Positions 24,511 to 36,823 are shown, counted from the first letter of the whole stretch. The stretch is DNA of 63,649 bases, filler included, from Folioceros fuciformis (GCA_049999805.1; 26 parts of 26 records of this genome joined end to end with filler, not necessarily neighbours in it); one strand, 5' to 3'. Numbers and translations: made by a program. Notes: generated from the letters alone by a model not told the origin.

Positions 24511-24792
24511 TGAAGGATTTCTAGAGGAGCTACATGGTGAAGGAGGAGAGGAGGAGGAGGCAAGGAGGAGAGGAGAAAAAGACTTCACACTCTCACAACA
24601 AGTCTCAATAGCAAGGGAGCTCAAGGGGGTATTTATACCCTTTAGAAGAGCTCCCTAGGAAGCTTCACAAGAAGCGCACAAGAAGCTTCCTATAGATTAG
24701 CTTAAGCTAATCTAAACTAATGGTACTTAACTAGACACTAATCTTAGACTAAACACATTAGTCTAAGCACATTGGGCTTTATTAATCCTACA
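24511..24792 (-). mobile_element. Solo LTR of Copia family B with a 5-bp target-site duplication
   Basis: Minus strand TGTAGG...ATCCTTCA matches the LTRs at 43494 and 57138. Flanked by CTAGC at 24506-24510 and 24793-24797. Confidence 0.93.
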
Positions 24793-25436
24793 CTAGCACC
24801 GAGGCACTAGAATCCTAGAATAGGACTTAGTTTTTTTCTGCATTAATGAACCCTAGAGGTTCAGCCTTATATAAATGTTCGACAGCTTAATACATAGGTG
24901 GCCTCGAGGTACCATTGCTCCGATTAACCTTGCTATTTCTCCTTCCTTCCCACCCGTTCATGCCCTTGCTTCTACTTCTTCCAGGCGGTCGAGCACACTT
25001 AATGATTTCCATTCAGAGCTGAACCTCGAATGGACCCTACGGGGCATTCTGGAGTATCTTTAGGACCCTTGAGCCCTTACCCTAAAGAAGTCAAAGAACC
25101 ACGGTGTTTTGGAAGGAAAACCGGTAACACTCAGCTACAACAACCCCTCAAACGGATCCTCTCAAGGTAAGTGACTCGTGTAACAACGGAGCATGTCGCC
25201 GTTGACCAATTATTTTTATTCTTCTCTTTTTCGTGCTTGAATTAAGATAGTGCTACGACACATGTAAACTTGTAATCCAAGGACACATGTAAGTTGAAGG
25301 AAACTCGATTCATTCATATTATAAAGTTACAATAGTGGTTAAAAGCCCAACATCCTTGGGAGCCTGTATGGTCTAGGGAAACCATTTGCGAAGCATCTTT
25401 AGTAGGCTGAACTATATGACTCTTGCGATGGGTTGA

Positions 25437-26194
25437 TGTGGGGTTAAAATATGGTACCCGGGGGTACCGCGAGGTCCACACAAGCCCTCTATGTCGTTGT
25501 AGCTCTGGGATTCGATCCCAAGGGAATGATTCGTGTTAAACTACACAGGTTAGCTTCTAAAGTCAATTAGCACCTACACTGGACTGACCCACGCACACAC
25601 GTCCAGTGCTCAGTCCTTACCCAGCCCCCTTACTTCTCCCACCGGACGACCCTCCTACCACCCAGTCGCTCCAGGGACTACCCCCCCTAAACTACTCTTG
25701 GTTGCCCACTGGCCTACCCTTCGTTCCCCAGTGGACTACTACCGTTGTCTTTCGACTACCGATAGCCGTTTCGGCTACCTCCGTGGTCTGTCAACTGCCG
25801 ATAGCCGCTTCGGCTACCTCCGTGGTCTGTCAACTACGGGTAGCCGCTTCGGCTACCTCCGTGGTGGGTCCCACCCCAAACCCTAACTAATTATTTCCGG
25901 CGCAGGCGCCGCCACGGGTTTCCAGCCATGGGTTTCTGCCTTAGACCTTCCAGACTCACAGAGCTGGGTTATTCCATGCTTCCCCACACATGCAAGGGCT
26001 GATCCTTGGGGAACAAAGCCTTGCGGATCAGCCACACCTCCCCACTCACTCATGCAACACTCCACACACATACAAAACACACATAAGGGCTCTGGATCAC
26101 AATTATTCTCGCAGGCTTGCCCCCAAGGGCTTCAATCTTCAGCAATGCCACCAATCTCCAACAAATCCTTCACAACTCCCCACAATCCCTCACA
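25437..26194. mobile_element. Repeat family E (probable LTR end beginning TGTGGGG), including a 39-bp tandem repeat at about 25750-25865
   Basis: The terminus matches 60545-60420 on the minus strand. Repeat unit TTCGGCTACCTCCGTGGTCTGTCAACT.C.G.TAGCCG., about 3 copies. Confidence 0.75.
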
Positions 26195-26294
26195 NNNNNN
26201 NNNNNNNNNNNNNNNNNNNNNNNNNNNNNNNNNNNNNNTTAATTAATTAANNNNNNNNNNNNNNNNNNNNNNNNNNNNNNNNNNNNNNNNNNNN

Positions 26295-28203
26295 AAGCCC
26301 GCTGAGCCAGCAAGGGCTGCCTCCAGCAGTTGGGAAGCTGATAGTGGGAATAGCTCGCAGGAGGAAACCCCATTCAAGCCCAGGAAGAGGATGGCGCCAC
26401 AAAAGAAGACTCATGCCAAGAGGAAAAGGACCAGAGGACAAAGTGTGAGCATGGGGGCTGATCAGGAGGAAGGGGGGACAGCCATGGAGCAGACGGGCCA
26501 GCAGGAGGCAGAACGAGAACCAGCTATCCAGGGAATCAAGGACTGAAGGTTGGAGGAGCAAGGTCAGGGTGAGATAAGACCCGAGGAGCCACAGGATCAG
26601 GTGATGGCAGCCGACACAGTTTCCTCCAGACAGGAGGATAAGTTAGGGCACGTTTCAGCACAGGAGGGTTTCTCAAGGTGGAAGGACATTTTCAGGTGCA
26701 GGCCTCAGAGAGACAGGTTGCAAGTGGGGAACCTGGACAAGTTGCGAGAATTCCTGGGCAGACAAATCACGGCGAGAGGAATGGGCACCGGAGGGGTGCA
26801 GGAGGTGGACCTACCCGGGCTGACTACTGTGATGGTGCAAGCCCAAGCAAACCTCCTGGATCAGGCTGCTAGGGCCCTGACCTGGTTAAGTGTACAAGCG
26901 GAGTGAGAGGCCGAGGCTCGGAGAAAGGAGGAGAAGGCTCGTTAGCGAGAGGCTGAAGCAAGGAGGCAACTGGCGGAGTCGGAGACGACGTGGCAACTGC
27001 TGGAGGAGAAGCAGTGGGTCTAGGACAAGGAGAAGGCTCAACCCGAGGAAGAGGCACGCGAGGCGAGGGCTGAAGTGCAGGCGCTGAAAGAGCAACAGGG
27101 GATCCTGTTAGCTCAGGTGAGGGAGGCTCACGAGACTAACCTGGAGATGCAACAGGAAATGGCTAAGGCACAAGAGATGGGAGATAGCCGCTGTGGAGCA
27201 GGCTCAAAAGTTGGCTAACAGATACAAGCGGGAGCGGGATTAGGCCAGAGAGAGAGTGAAGGGGAAGGGCAAGGCTGGGCGTCCGAGTTAGTCGGCGACC
27301 CCGGTACCAGAAGGGGCTACCGGTAGCCGAACCAGGGGAACGGTAGTCGAGGGGACTACCGGTAGTGTGGTAGTCCACAGGACTACCGATAGCCCGATAG
27401 TCCACGGGACTACTGGTAGTCGGGTAGCCGACGGGGCTACCGGTGGCCCAGCAAGGCCCAGGATAGCTGAAGAACCAACCCTGGAAACGAAGGAGGAAGC
27501 AGTAGGGGCACCTGCCCCTAGGCGCTCCAGGAGGGTGACCCGTACCAGGACGACAGAGCTGGAGGAGGCAACAGCTGGGCAGGCAGAGAACCTTCATTGA
27601 AGAACCGGAGAAAGGAGAGCGCGAGAGTGCGCGTGTGTGAGAAGGAGGAGGAGTGAGTGGCCGAGTAGTGGGTAAGAGCGAATGCGAAAAGGAAGCCAGA
27701 AGGAGTGGAAGCAGGAAGTGAAGCGGAGTGGAAGTGATTCGACGATTGTTAAGACGGGCAGAATGTATACAGAGAACTGGTGAGTGGGGTAAGAGAGAAC
27801 AAAGCCGGGGAAACCCTGGAGGCAAGGTGAGTAATGTGTGTGGGGTGCAACGAGACGTGGTGTGTATGTGTGACTGGTCGCGATGAGACTAGAGAGGCTG
27901 TGAAGAAGATGAATTGAGACCGCAGGGGGTGTATCTAAGGTGTGAGATCACGCGGGTCGAAGGCGTCCAATAGATTGTTGTTGTTCATGTGTGCGTGCGC
28001 TTGTTCCTTAGGTGAGTGAGGCGGTTTTGTGGTGAACCAAGGCAGGGAAGTGCAAAAGGGGATGTGCGGGCAGGAGGTAATCAGTCGGGTAGGAACAACC
28101 CGGTGGGAGAGAGGAAACCCTAGGGAGAGAAAACCCTAGAGAGTGGGAACTGAGAGAGAGAGAGAGAGAGAGTGGGACCCACGAGTGATAGACCATTAGG
28201 CGA
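26295..28203 (+). mobile_element. Repeat family A copy with an internal deletion at 27596/27597
   Basis: Reverse complement of contig 16269-19900 sequence. Jumps from GAGAACCTTCA directly to TGAAGAACCGGAGAAAGG. Confidence 0.88.
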
Positions 28204-29459
28204 NNNNNNNNNNNNNNNNNNNNNNNNNNNNNNNNNNNNNNNNNNNNTTAATTAATTAANNNNNNNNNNNNNNNNNNNNNNNNNNNNNNNNNNNNNNNNN
28301 NNNGCAACCCCTGCCTCTAGCTCTAGCTAGGGCATGGCCTCCACAGTCGTTCATGCCAGCCAAGCAATCAGCCAGCCTATCGTCAGACCCTGACCCCTGA
28401 CACTGACACACCCAGATACCCCTTCCTATGTTCAAACCATTATTATATTATTTTTATTATTTTATTATTATTTAATCATTTACTAATTATATATCTTTAA
28501 TTAATATTAAACTAATCACCCAACCCTATGGCCTGGTACCGAACCTAAACCTTCCCAGCTCTGGGACCAAACCTATACCCACTCTTATAACCAAACCAAC
28601 TATTTCCTGGTCAATTAACCTAATTAACACACAGAAAAATAGGAAAAATGACCAGAAAATCAAGGAAAATTAGGGAAAATAAGTTGAAAAAGAAAACCAA
28701 ACCATACCACTATTAACCCTTTTTCAACCAAAACAAACTATTACCCCAAACTTTGGAGGTTCACACACATCCTTGACTCCTCCAGTTCCCTCTTCAGCTC
28801 ACTCTCTTGCTGCTCCACCTTGTTTACCCAGTCCTCCTAGTATCTGTTCATGCAGCGGCTCTCTTGTCTGCACATGTGAAGCCACTTGGGTGTTCGCCCG
28901 TGCTAAGATAGTGTGGCGGACGCTCAGGGCAGATGCACATAGCTCAATTTTCTTCCAGAGTTGGATATCTTGGAGCAGGAACTGGCAAAGGATACTCGCA
29001 AAACTTGTTAGAGGCAGTGGGAGCAGCACCCATGTCTTCAACCTGACTTCCCTCCGACTCCAAGTGTCTCACATCAAGGAGCTGGATCTGTTGGTTGAAG
29101 AGAGCTGCTTCAAAGTCGCTAGTCTCTGAGTCTGAGATTTGAATCGGGACGCTTATGGTCGCTCCTACTCCACCTCTGTTCGCCATAGCTGATTCTTTTG
29201 GCTACAGGGTTCTGAGGTTGGAGATGCAAGCTTCACGGAGCATCCTGGTACTTGAAGACTCTGTCGGTGCAACTGCAGGAGTGAAGGAGCTCCTCTGAGA
29301 AACCCTATGTAGACTCGGGGTTTAGGGTTCCAGATGGTTGTTAATTCGATTCACTTGTAAATGCCTACACCTCACTAAGCTGGTTAGCAATGAGTGAGAG
29401 TGTTAAAAGTATTATTTAGACCTAAGTAAACATTGCTACCACTTAGGGTTAGTGATGGT

Positions 29460-29870
29460 TGTGGAGGCAAAACCCCGGGTACTGATTGCCAACGGGTTCC
29501 ACCTTTAGTGGCCACACTTATCCCATTGTCGTTAAGACATTGGGTTTCGTTCCCACGAAGGAGAGATGGGGTTCCTTGCTGCTGTGGATGGAGGGTCGGA
29601 CTTGATCGACTCGATGATGGATTCGAGGGCTCCTCTAGCTCCGATCAGGCGAGGACAGGCCTTGCTGTCCAGCGGTCAGCTGCACCTCTCTCGGTGCCCA
29701 CAAACTCACTCTAGTCACTACAACGACCCTAACCTCTTAGATCTGCGACTTCCCTCACTCACTTCACTCACTCTCTCACTTCAGCACCAACACCAGCAAC
29801 TAACAATGACACCACTACCTTCTACACTTCCCTACTGACTCCTCCTACCCGGCAAGCGTCACTAGACTAA
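29460..29870. mobile_element. Repeat family C copy 3 (truncated)
   Basis: Starts TGTGGAGGCAAAACCCCGGG; similarity ends after CACTAGACTAA. Confidence 0.88.
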
Positions 29871-30210
29871 TGTGAGCTCTCGATCTTTGGGGACCAGGGT
29901 GGTCTATGGAGGTGGTTGTTGTGGAGACGGTGATGAAAGGTTAGGAAAAGGCGAAATGAAGGGGAGCGCGCTCGGAGGCTGAGCTTGTATTTGTTCTTGG
30001 AAAATAAACGGAGGCAAGGGCGGAGGTAAAATTTGTTGACGTGCAGGGCAGGAGTTGGTGATTGCCGAAGAAGGTGGTGACGGATGGCAGCCCCTGACGC
30101 CCGGGAGCCGCCGCTGGCCGCATTCTGGGGTCGCCGTGCTGCCTCTCGTCGACCTCCCGGCCCAGCAGCCTACGACATGATGGCGCCACGCCAGGAGGGC
30201 GAGAGCGGGA

Positions 30211-30357
30211 TCCTCCAATTACGGCATTCCATGACACCACATCTCTCACGGCCAGAGAATCGAACACTTTTCGTGCATCTCCGAAGCTCCCGCATCTGGT
30301 TGGGTTGCACACCCTTGTCTCGCAAACGTAATCCGCAACCGCAGTGCTGAGCTACAC
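30211..30357 (-). pseudogene. PLS-class pentatricopeptide repeat (PPR) fragment
   Basis: RCGSFGDARKVFDSLAVRDVVSWNAVIGG, preceded in another frame by VAQH...LRDKGVQPNQ. Confidence 0.8.
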
Positions 30358-30912
30358 TACGGGCTTCCAAAAACGCAATCCTGCCAAACCTCAGATCCCA
30401 TCTTCCGCCACTATGGCTCAATCCACCTTGGTGGCGGGGACACCACGCACAGCAGCATTTTGTCCTGACGGCGGAAGGGCCGCATCAGGCCTCTTCTTGA
30501 AGCGGGGGTAGAAGGCCCTTTCTTTGCGGTTTTCTGGAGATGGAGGAGAGGCTTCTTCCAGGAAGGTTCTGGTAGCCCGTTCTTGCAGGCAACGCAAGCG
30601 AGGAGGAGTATGGTTCACAGCTGCTAGGCCTGCGCGATGCAGGGGAGCTGGGATTGGTCAGGGAGCTGCGGATGCGCATTCCATGCTGCAAGGCTACTGC
30701 GGCGTACGAGGCTGTAGATTAGTTGATTGATTGCTCTTGGGATCGTGATGGAGGAGGATGGGAAGGAGAGCGTGGCTCCTCCCGCGAGAGAATGGGTTGG
30801 GAAAAACAGGTANNNNNNNNNNNNNNNNNNNNNNNNNNNNNNNNNNNNNNNNNNNNTTAATTAATTAANNNNNNNNNNNNNNNNNNNNNNNNNNNNNNNN
30901 NNNNNNNNNNNN

Positions 30913-33900
30913 TCTTACCCACTACTCGGCCACTCGCTCCTCCTCCTTCTCACACACGCGCACTCCCGCGCTCTCCTTTCTCCGGTTCTTCTGTCTTCTT
31001 TCTCAGCGATGCCCCTCCTGGGCTCCTATTAACGTTGAGGAATGGTGAGGTATTGGGGCTAAGGGAAGAGGAGTCCCTTTCACTCCGCACTCACGGATTC
31101 GGCTCCAACACCCGCACCACCCCACGTGACCACCTCAAGGATAGCTGGGGAGCTTCTCTCCCACTCGGCAAGGCTCCTCCTCCCGATTCATCCCCGGACT
31201 TGATTACGGAGCACCCACCACCTACACCCGCGCCCCAGGTTGCTACGTGCGCTCGCTTGTCTGGACCTCTTGTCCAGCAACGGCCATCGCTAGGTCCCTG
31301 CAAGGTCGACTGTTCGGCTGGTTCTTGTTGATTTCTTAGGCCTTCAAATCGGCCTCTTGTACACGGTGATGGCGGTTCTTTCCGCCATAAAGTCTGTTAG
31401 GCAGGGGAGCTGCGCTCTTAAATTCTAAGCGACTTAGGTCCAAATAAAGCACGCTAAAAAAATCCTATTCTAGCCTGCATTTACTATCGCTCTTTCCCAC
31501 GCCGCTGGCAGCTTCCTCCTGGCCTTCGCGTGTCACCCCTTGCTGCCCCTCCTCTCGCTCTTCTGCCCCTCCGTTGGTCCGGCGGATCCTCCCAGAGGAT
31601 CTCCACATCACTGCTGCTGCTGCTGGACCTGGCTTGCGGCGCAGGTGGGTCCCGCCGCTGTGGTCCACCACTCCTCCTCCTTCTCTGGTTGCTGAGGATA
31701 GCCACAGGCCCCCGTTCTACCCAGCGCTGGGCCTCCTCTTCTGTCAGTTCCTCCAAAACTGCCTCCGCATAGCAGTGGGGCAGTCCTGTCACCCACCAGC
31801 TGTAGTGGTAGAGTCCCAGGCGCATCCTCAACTGTAGGTCGTAGCCCCGCGTCCCTCCTGTGCCCATACATACAGAAACAGCTTCAGAACTCTGGCCCCT
31901 TCTACATACAGGCCTGGCACATAGGAGGCCTCCTCCTCATACTACAGCACAATCCGACCTTCTGTCATAACAAAGGTGCTTACCCCGTCCTCCCTTCGGC
32001 TACCTCGGGTTGCCTGCTCCCCCTCCTGCAGGGGTACCTGAAGGTTCTCTGCCTGCCCAGCTGTTGCCTCTTCCGGCTCTATCCTCCTGGTACGGGTCAC
32101 CCTCCTGGAGCGCCTAGGGGCAGGCGCCCCTACTGCTTGCTCCTTCGTTTCCAGGGTTGGTTCTTCAGCTATCCTTGGCCTTGCTGGGCCACCGGTAGCC
32201 CCGTCGGCTACCCGACTACCGGTAGTCCCCTTGACTACCGTTCCCCTGGTTTGGCTGCCGGTAGCCCCTTCTGCTACCGGGGTTGCCGACTGACTCGGAC
32301 TTCCAGCCTTGCTCTTCCCCTTCACTCTCTCTCTGGCCTCATCCCACTCCCGCTTGTATCTGTCAGCCAACTTCTGAGCCTGCTCCACGGCGGCTATCTC
32401 CATCTCCTGTGCCCTGGCCATTTCCTGTTGCATCTCTAGGTTAGTCTCGTGAGCCTTTCTCACCTGAGCTAGCAGGGTCCCCTGTTGCTCTTTCAGCGCC
32501 TGCACTTCAGCCCTCGCCTCGCACACCTCTTCCTTGGCTTGAGCCTTCTCCCTGTCCAGGACCCGTTGCTTTTCCTCCAGTAGTTGCCGCGCCGTCTCCG
32601 ACTCCGCCAGTTGCCTCCTTGCTTCAGCCTCTCGCTCACGAGCCTTCTCCTCCTTTCCCCAAGCCTCGACCTCTCGCTCCGCTTGTACACTTAACCAAGT
32701 CAGGGCCCTAGCAGCCTGATCTAGGAGGTCTGCTTGGGCCTGCACCATCTCAGCAATCAGCCCGGGTAGGTCCACCTCTTGCACCCCTCTTGTGCCCATT
32801 CCTCTCGCCGTGATTTGTTTGCCCAGGAATTCTCGCAACTTGTCCAGGCCCCCCACCTGCAACCTGTCTCTCTGAGGCCTGCACCTGAAAATGTTCTTCC
32901 ACCTTGAGGAACCCTCCTGTGCTGAAACGTGCCCTAACTTATCCTCCTGTCTGGAGGAAACTGTGCCGGCTGCCATCACCTGATCCGGTGGCTCCTCGGG
33001 TCTTGTCCCACCCTGACCTTGCTCCTCCATCCTTCGGTCCTTGATTCCCTGGACAGTTGGTTCTCGTTTTGCCTCCTGCTGACCCGTCTGCTCCAGGGCT
33101 GTCCCCCCTTCCTCCTGATTAGACCCCATGCTCACACTTTGTCCTCTGGTCCTTTTCCTCCTGGAAGGAGTCTTCTTTTGTGGCGCCATCCTCTTCTTGG
33201 GCTTGACTGGGGTTTCCTCCTGCAAGCTATTCCCATTGTCAGCTTCCCAACTACTAGAGGCAGCCCTTGCTGGCTCAGCGGGCTTCCACTTCACATCGCG
33301 AATTGGCTTCCATAGGTGCAGCGAGGCCAGCCTTTCTAGCTCAGTTTTTCAGGTTAGCGTGACTGTACACATGGATTAGAAACGGGGAAATCATAGACGG
33401 TTCAGGGGTGGGTTGGATCAGGTTCTGCCTCTCCTCATCCATCCGGGTGTATAAAATCCTCCCCTAGTCGATCCTGGTGCCCTTCACTACTTCATGCACA
33501 AACAAGAGCATCTGATCGGACAGATAATCCTGTTTGCGTACCTGGAAGAAGCTCAGGAACCACCTGGCCAATCCCAACAGCTGGGGACTTGCCATGTCGT
33601 GCACGAGCCACCCGTTCCCTTCCTTTCTCGTGCCTGCCTTGAGCAGCGTTTCCGCGGCTCCCGTTCCGCCATGCCTTTTCAGGGACTACAACACCAGTCC
33701 CACTTCCTCCTGTTGGTCCCGCCAGTAGACCCTCCTGATCAACTCCAGGTTCCATTCCTGGGGTCTGCCTCTGATCCCCTTCTCGCGTACAGGCTCTATC
33801 AGCCTCAGGGCGCACTCCCTGACTAGCTGGGGTGCTGCATGGTTCCACTTCTGGGTCATAAAAGTCAGACGCATCTCTGCCACCAACTTTCTTGCCCTGA

Positions 33901-34310
33901 CCCTGCAGTGCTCCATATTGGGCCACAGGAGTAGGTCGATTCGAGGGACAGGAGGTCCCCACTCCTGTCTAGAGGCTGCTGTTCCAGGGATCAGCTCAGG
34001 CCGCGACCTCATCCTGCCTATCCCCCTCCCCTCACGCTCGGGCTCGGAACTCTTCTGTCCTGGTCACGCTCTGGCTCTTCCTCTATTCGCCCAGCTCTCT
34101 CCACCGCTCGCGCATTGGAGGTCTTCCACCCCCATGTGCTTGCTCAACCCTTACGCCCTGCGCCGTCTGTCCCGTCGTCCTGGCTCTTTCTCCTCCTTCA
34201 GCCGCTTCACGCTTCAAGTTACTCCTGCTCCCCGCGCTTTCGGATGTTGGACAAAGCTCCCCCTTCTCTAGGGTTTTTATGCCCTGCTTGCTTTCTCTCC
34301 TTACCGCCCG
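30913..34310 (-). mobile_element. Repeat family A, most complete accessory ORF (about 34012-31484, disrupted)
   Basis: The 450-aa ORF at 33294-31942 bridges pieces that are split in other copies. It retains the 180-bp segment 31858-32037. Confidence 0.88.
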
Positions 34311-34619
34311 NNNNNNNNNNNNNNNNNNNNNNNNNNNNNNNNNNNNNNNNNNNNTTAATTAATTAANNNNNNNNNNNNNNNNNNNNNNNNNNNNNNNNNN
34401 NNNNNNNNNNTTCTTATGAAGCTGGGCTCTCTTTGTCCCCTTGTCCTTGCGTTTTGCTTACTTTGAAGGCTTTTTTCGTGAGCATTGCGGAGAGGGCTTC
34501 TCCCTACAACTCGCTAGGGCCTAAGACCTTCCAAGGCAAGGTCTACCCTACTACCCTTCTCCTCGTTTGCTAAGAATGGCCTTTGGGGCCTAGTTGAGAG
34601 ACATTATGGGCACGTGCGG

Positions 34620-35200
34620 TTCGGTCTTCTCTTGGACTCCACAATTCCTAAGCCCATTTGGGCTCAACTTTGCTCTTACTTAGGGAAGGGAGCTGGAGCT
34701 TGGCTTTTGACTTTTGGCTTTAGCATTCAAGCATTTCGCATTGCACCAACAACGTTTTCCACCGTTTTTACTTAACTTGAAGCTGTTTTCAATGAGCTAA
34801 ACCCTAAACCCTTTTCAATGACTCTAGAACACACTTGCCTCAATGTCCTATGGGTAGGCAATGTATTCTTTTGCACAATGCCGTCGACATGATGTTCTCC
34901 ATTGTTAGGAAAGATAGATTGTAAACCCTTTGATGAGCTCCCTACACCTTACTTAATGGGGTTCACTTTAAGCTGACCTATTTCTAACTTGGGGGGATTA
35001 GGTTTTTGTTAGAAGTGTGGTTGTTATAGATTCAACTCAAGACACCACTTGTGAACATATTATTTTAAACCCCCTAGAATGGGCGGTAGAAGACTACGCA
35101 ACGGCTAAGGCTCATAAATACTCTCATGTGCAAGATGGCTACACATTCATCCCCTTAGCCATCGAGACTCATGGGGCTATAGACTCATAGGGCTATAGAC
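34620..35200 (+). mobile_element. Degenerate 3' part of a CRE-like non-LTR retrotransposon (restriction-like endonuclease)
   Basis: Ordered motifs: GKGAGAWL (about 34683), HLPQCPMG...LHNAV (34832), ADLF (about 34973) and AKAHKY...GYTFIPLAIETHGAID (about 35104-35185). Confidence 0.7.
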
Positions 35201-35702
35201 AAGGGTTTCTCCAATTTGTAAATGTTGAGATGAAGTCTCCGCCATGCTTGGATAGCGTTAGAACTAGGTTAGAAAACCAAGATGCAGAATCTCAAATTAC
35301 GAGCGCTTACACAAGGCTCTAAAACAAAATAAATTGGGGAACTCAAAAGCTCTCAAAACAAGAGCATAATACAAGTAACGAGGGTGGGGGTTAGACCACA
35401 CAAACTAGGTTGGTTCATTCCTCCTTTTATGGACCTAAGGGTGGCACTCTTATTTCATGCCCAATATGGGATAAATGCTCCCAACCCTAAAACACCCTAA
35501 ATGCTAATCACTCTTAGCACACTAATTAAGCAAACTCAATAAGCTGGATTATCAATAATTACTCTCAGCACTAATCACTCTTAACACTCCCACTCAGCGC
35601 ACNNNNNNNNNNNNNNNNNNNNNNNNNNNNNNNNNNNNNNNNNNNNTTAATTAATTAANNNNNNNNNNNNNNNNNNNNNNNNNNNNNNNNNNNNNNNNNN
35701 NN

Positions 35703-36823
35703 GCCGGATGGAAGGGAGAGGATGTGGGCAACGGGGGAGCAGATTCCCCAGTGCTGGCCGAGCTGCACGAAGGGGAGGCAGGAGGACATTTTGCTGCGCA
35801 TATCACGTGCAGGAAAATCTTGGAAACTGGGTACTGGTGGCCGAATATGCATCGAGACACCAGAGAGTTTGTCAAGCGATGTGATGCTTGCCAGAGGGTG
35901 AGCAAGCCAACGGCCACCACTCAATGGCATTTGGTTCCAATCCTGGCCTTGGCCCCGTTTGAGAAATGGGGAATCGACTTTGTAGGGCCTATCCAACCTA
36001 AGACAAGAACCCGTCAGATTCAGTATATTCTTGTGGCCATTGATTACTACACACGCATGGTGGAGGCGCAAGCTCTTCAAGTGGACACAGCTCACGTGGT
36101 GGCCAAATTTCTGGACGAGCAGGTGATTGCCCGTTATGAGTGTCCCTTAGAGTTCGTAAGCGACCGAGATACGTACTTTGTGAATGAAGTCATTTCTTAC
36201 CTAACTGAGTACTTCATTTCTTACCTAACTGAACTACCCCCTATAATCCAAAGGCCAACGGCTTGACAGAGAAGGTGAATGGGCTCATGTGCTAGATCCT
36301 TAATAAGCTAACGGTAGAATATGCCTATGACTGGGACCTAAAGCTCCATTCCGCACTCTGGGCATTCAGGACTGTGGAAAGGATCACGACTCAGAAGACA
36401 CCTTACTACCTTACTTACGGACACCACCCGGTAATGCCAATTGAGTTTGAAGTTCCCACTTTACGTATCCAAGAGCCGAATTGCATGTCTGCAAAAGAAA
36501 GTCAATTGGAATGGCTAGCCAGCTTTATGAGGCACACCAAGGACAGGGAGCGGGCGCTGGATGCCATGCAAGAGGTACAGGCAAAGCGGAAGGAATGGCA
36601 TGACAACAAGTTGCGGAAACAGGAATGGGAAAAACCAAGAGACTTGGCCCTGCTGTATGAGAACAAATATATGCATTTTCCAGGTAAACTTCATCTAAGA
36701 TGGATGGGGCCGTACCGAGTGGTCGAAGTCTTTGCAAACGGGTCCATCCAATCGCAACAGCTGGACGGGCAGCCATTGCCAACCAGAGTCAATGGTTGGC
36801 GAATGAAGAAGTACTACACCTAA
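35703..36823 (+). pseudogene. Ty3/Gypsy integrase (Athila/Tat-like non-chromovirus), frameshifted
   Basis: HHCC domain LHEGEAGGHF...CDACQR; core PFEKWGIDFVGP...VSDR; C-terminal RWMGPYRV...VNGWRMKKYY; no chromodomain. Confidence 0.92.
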
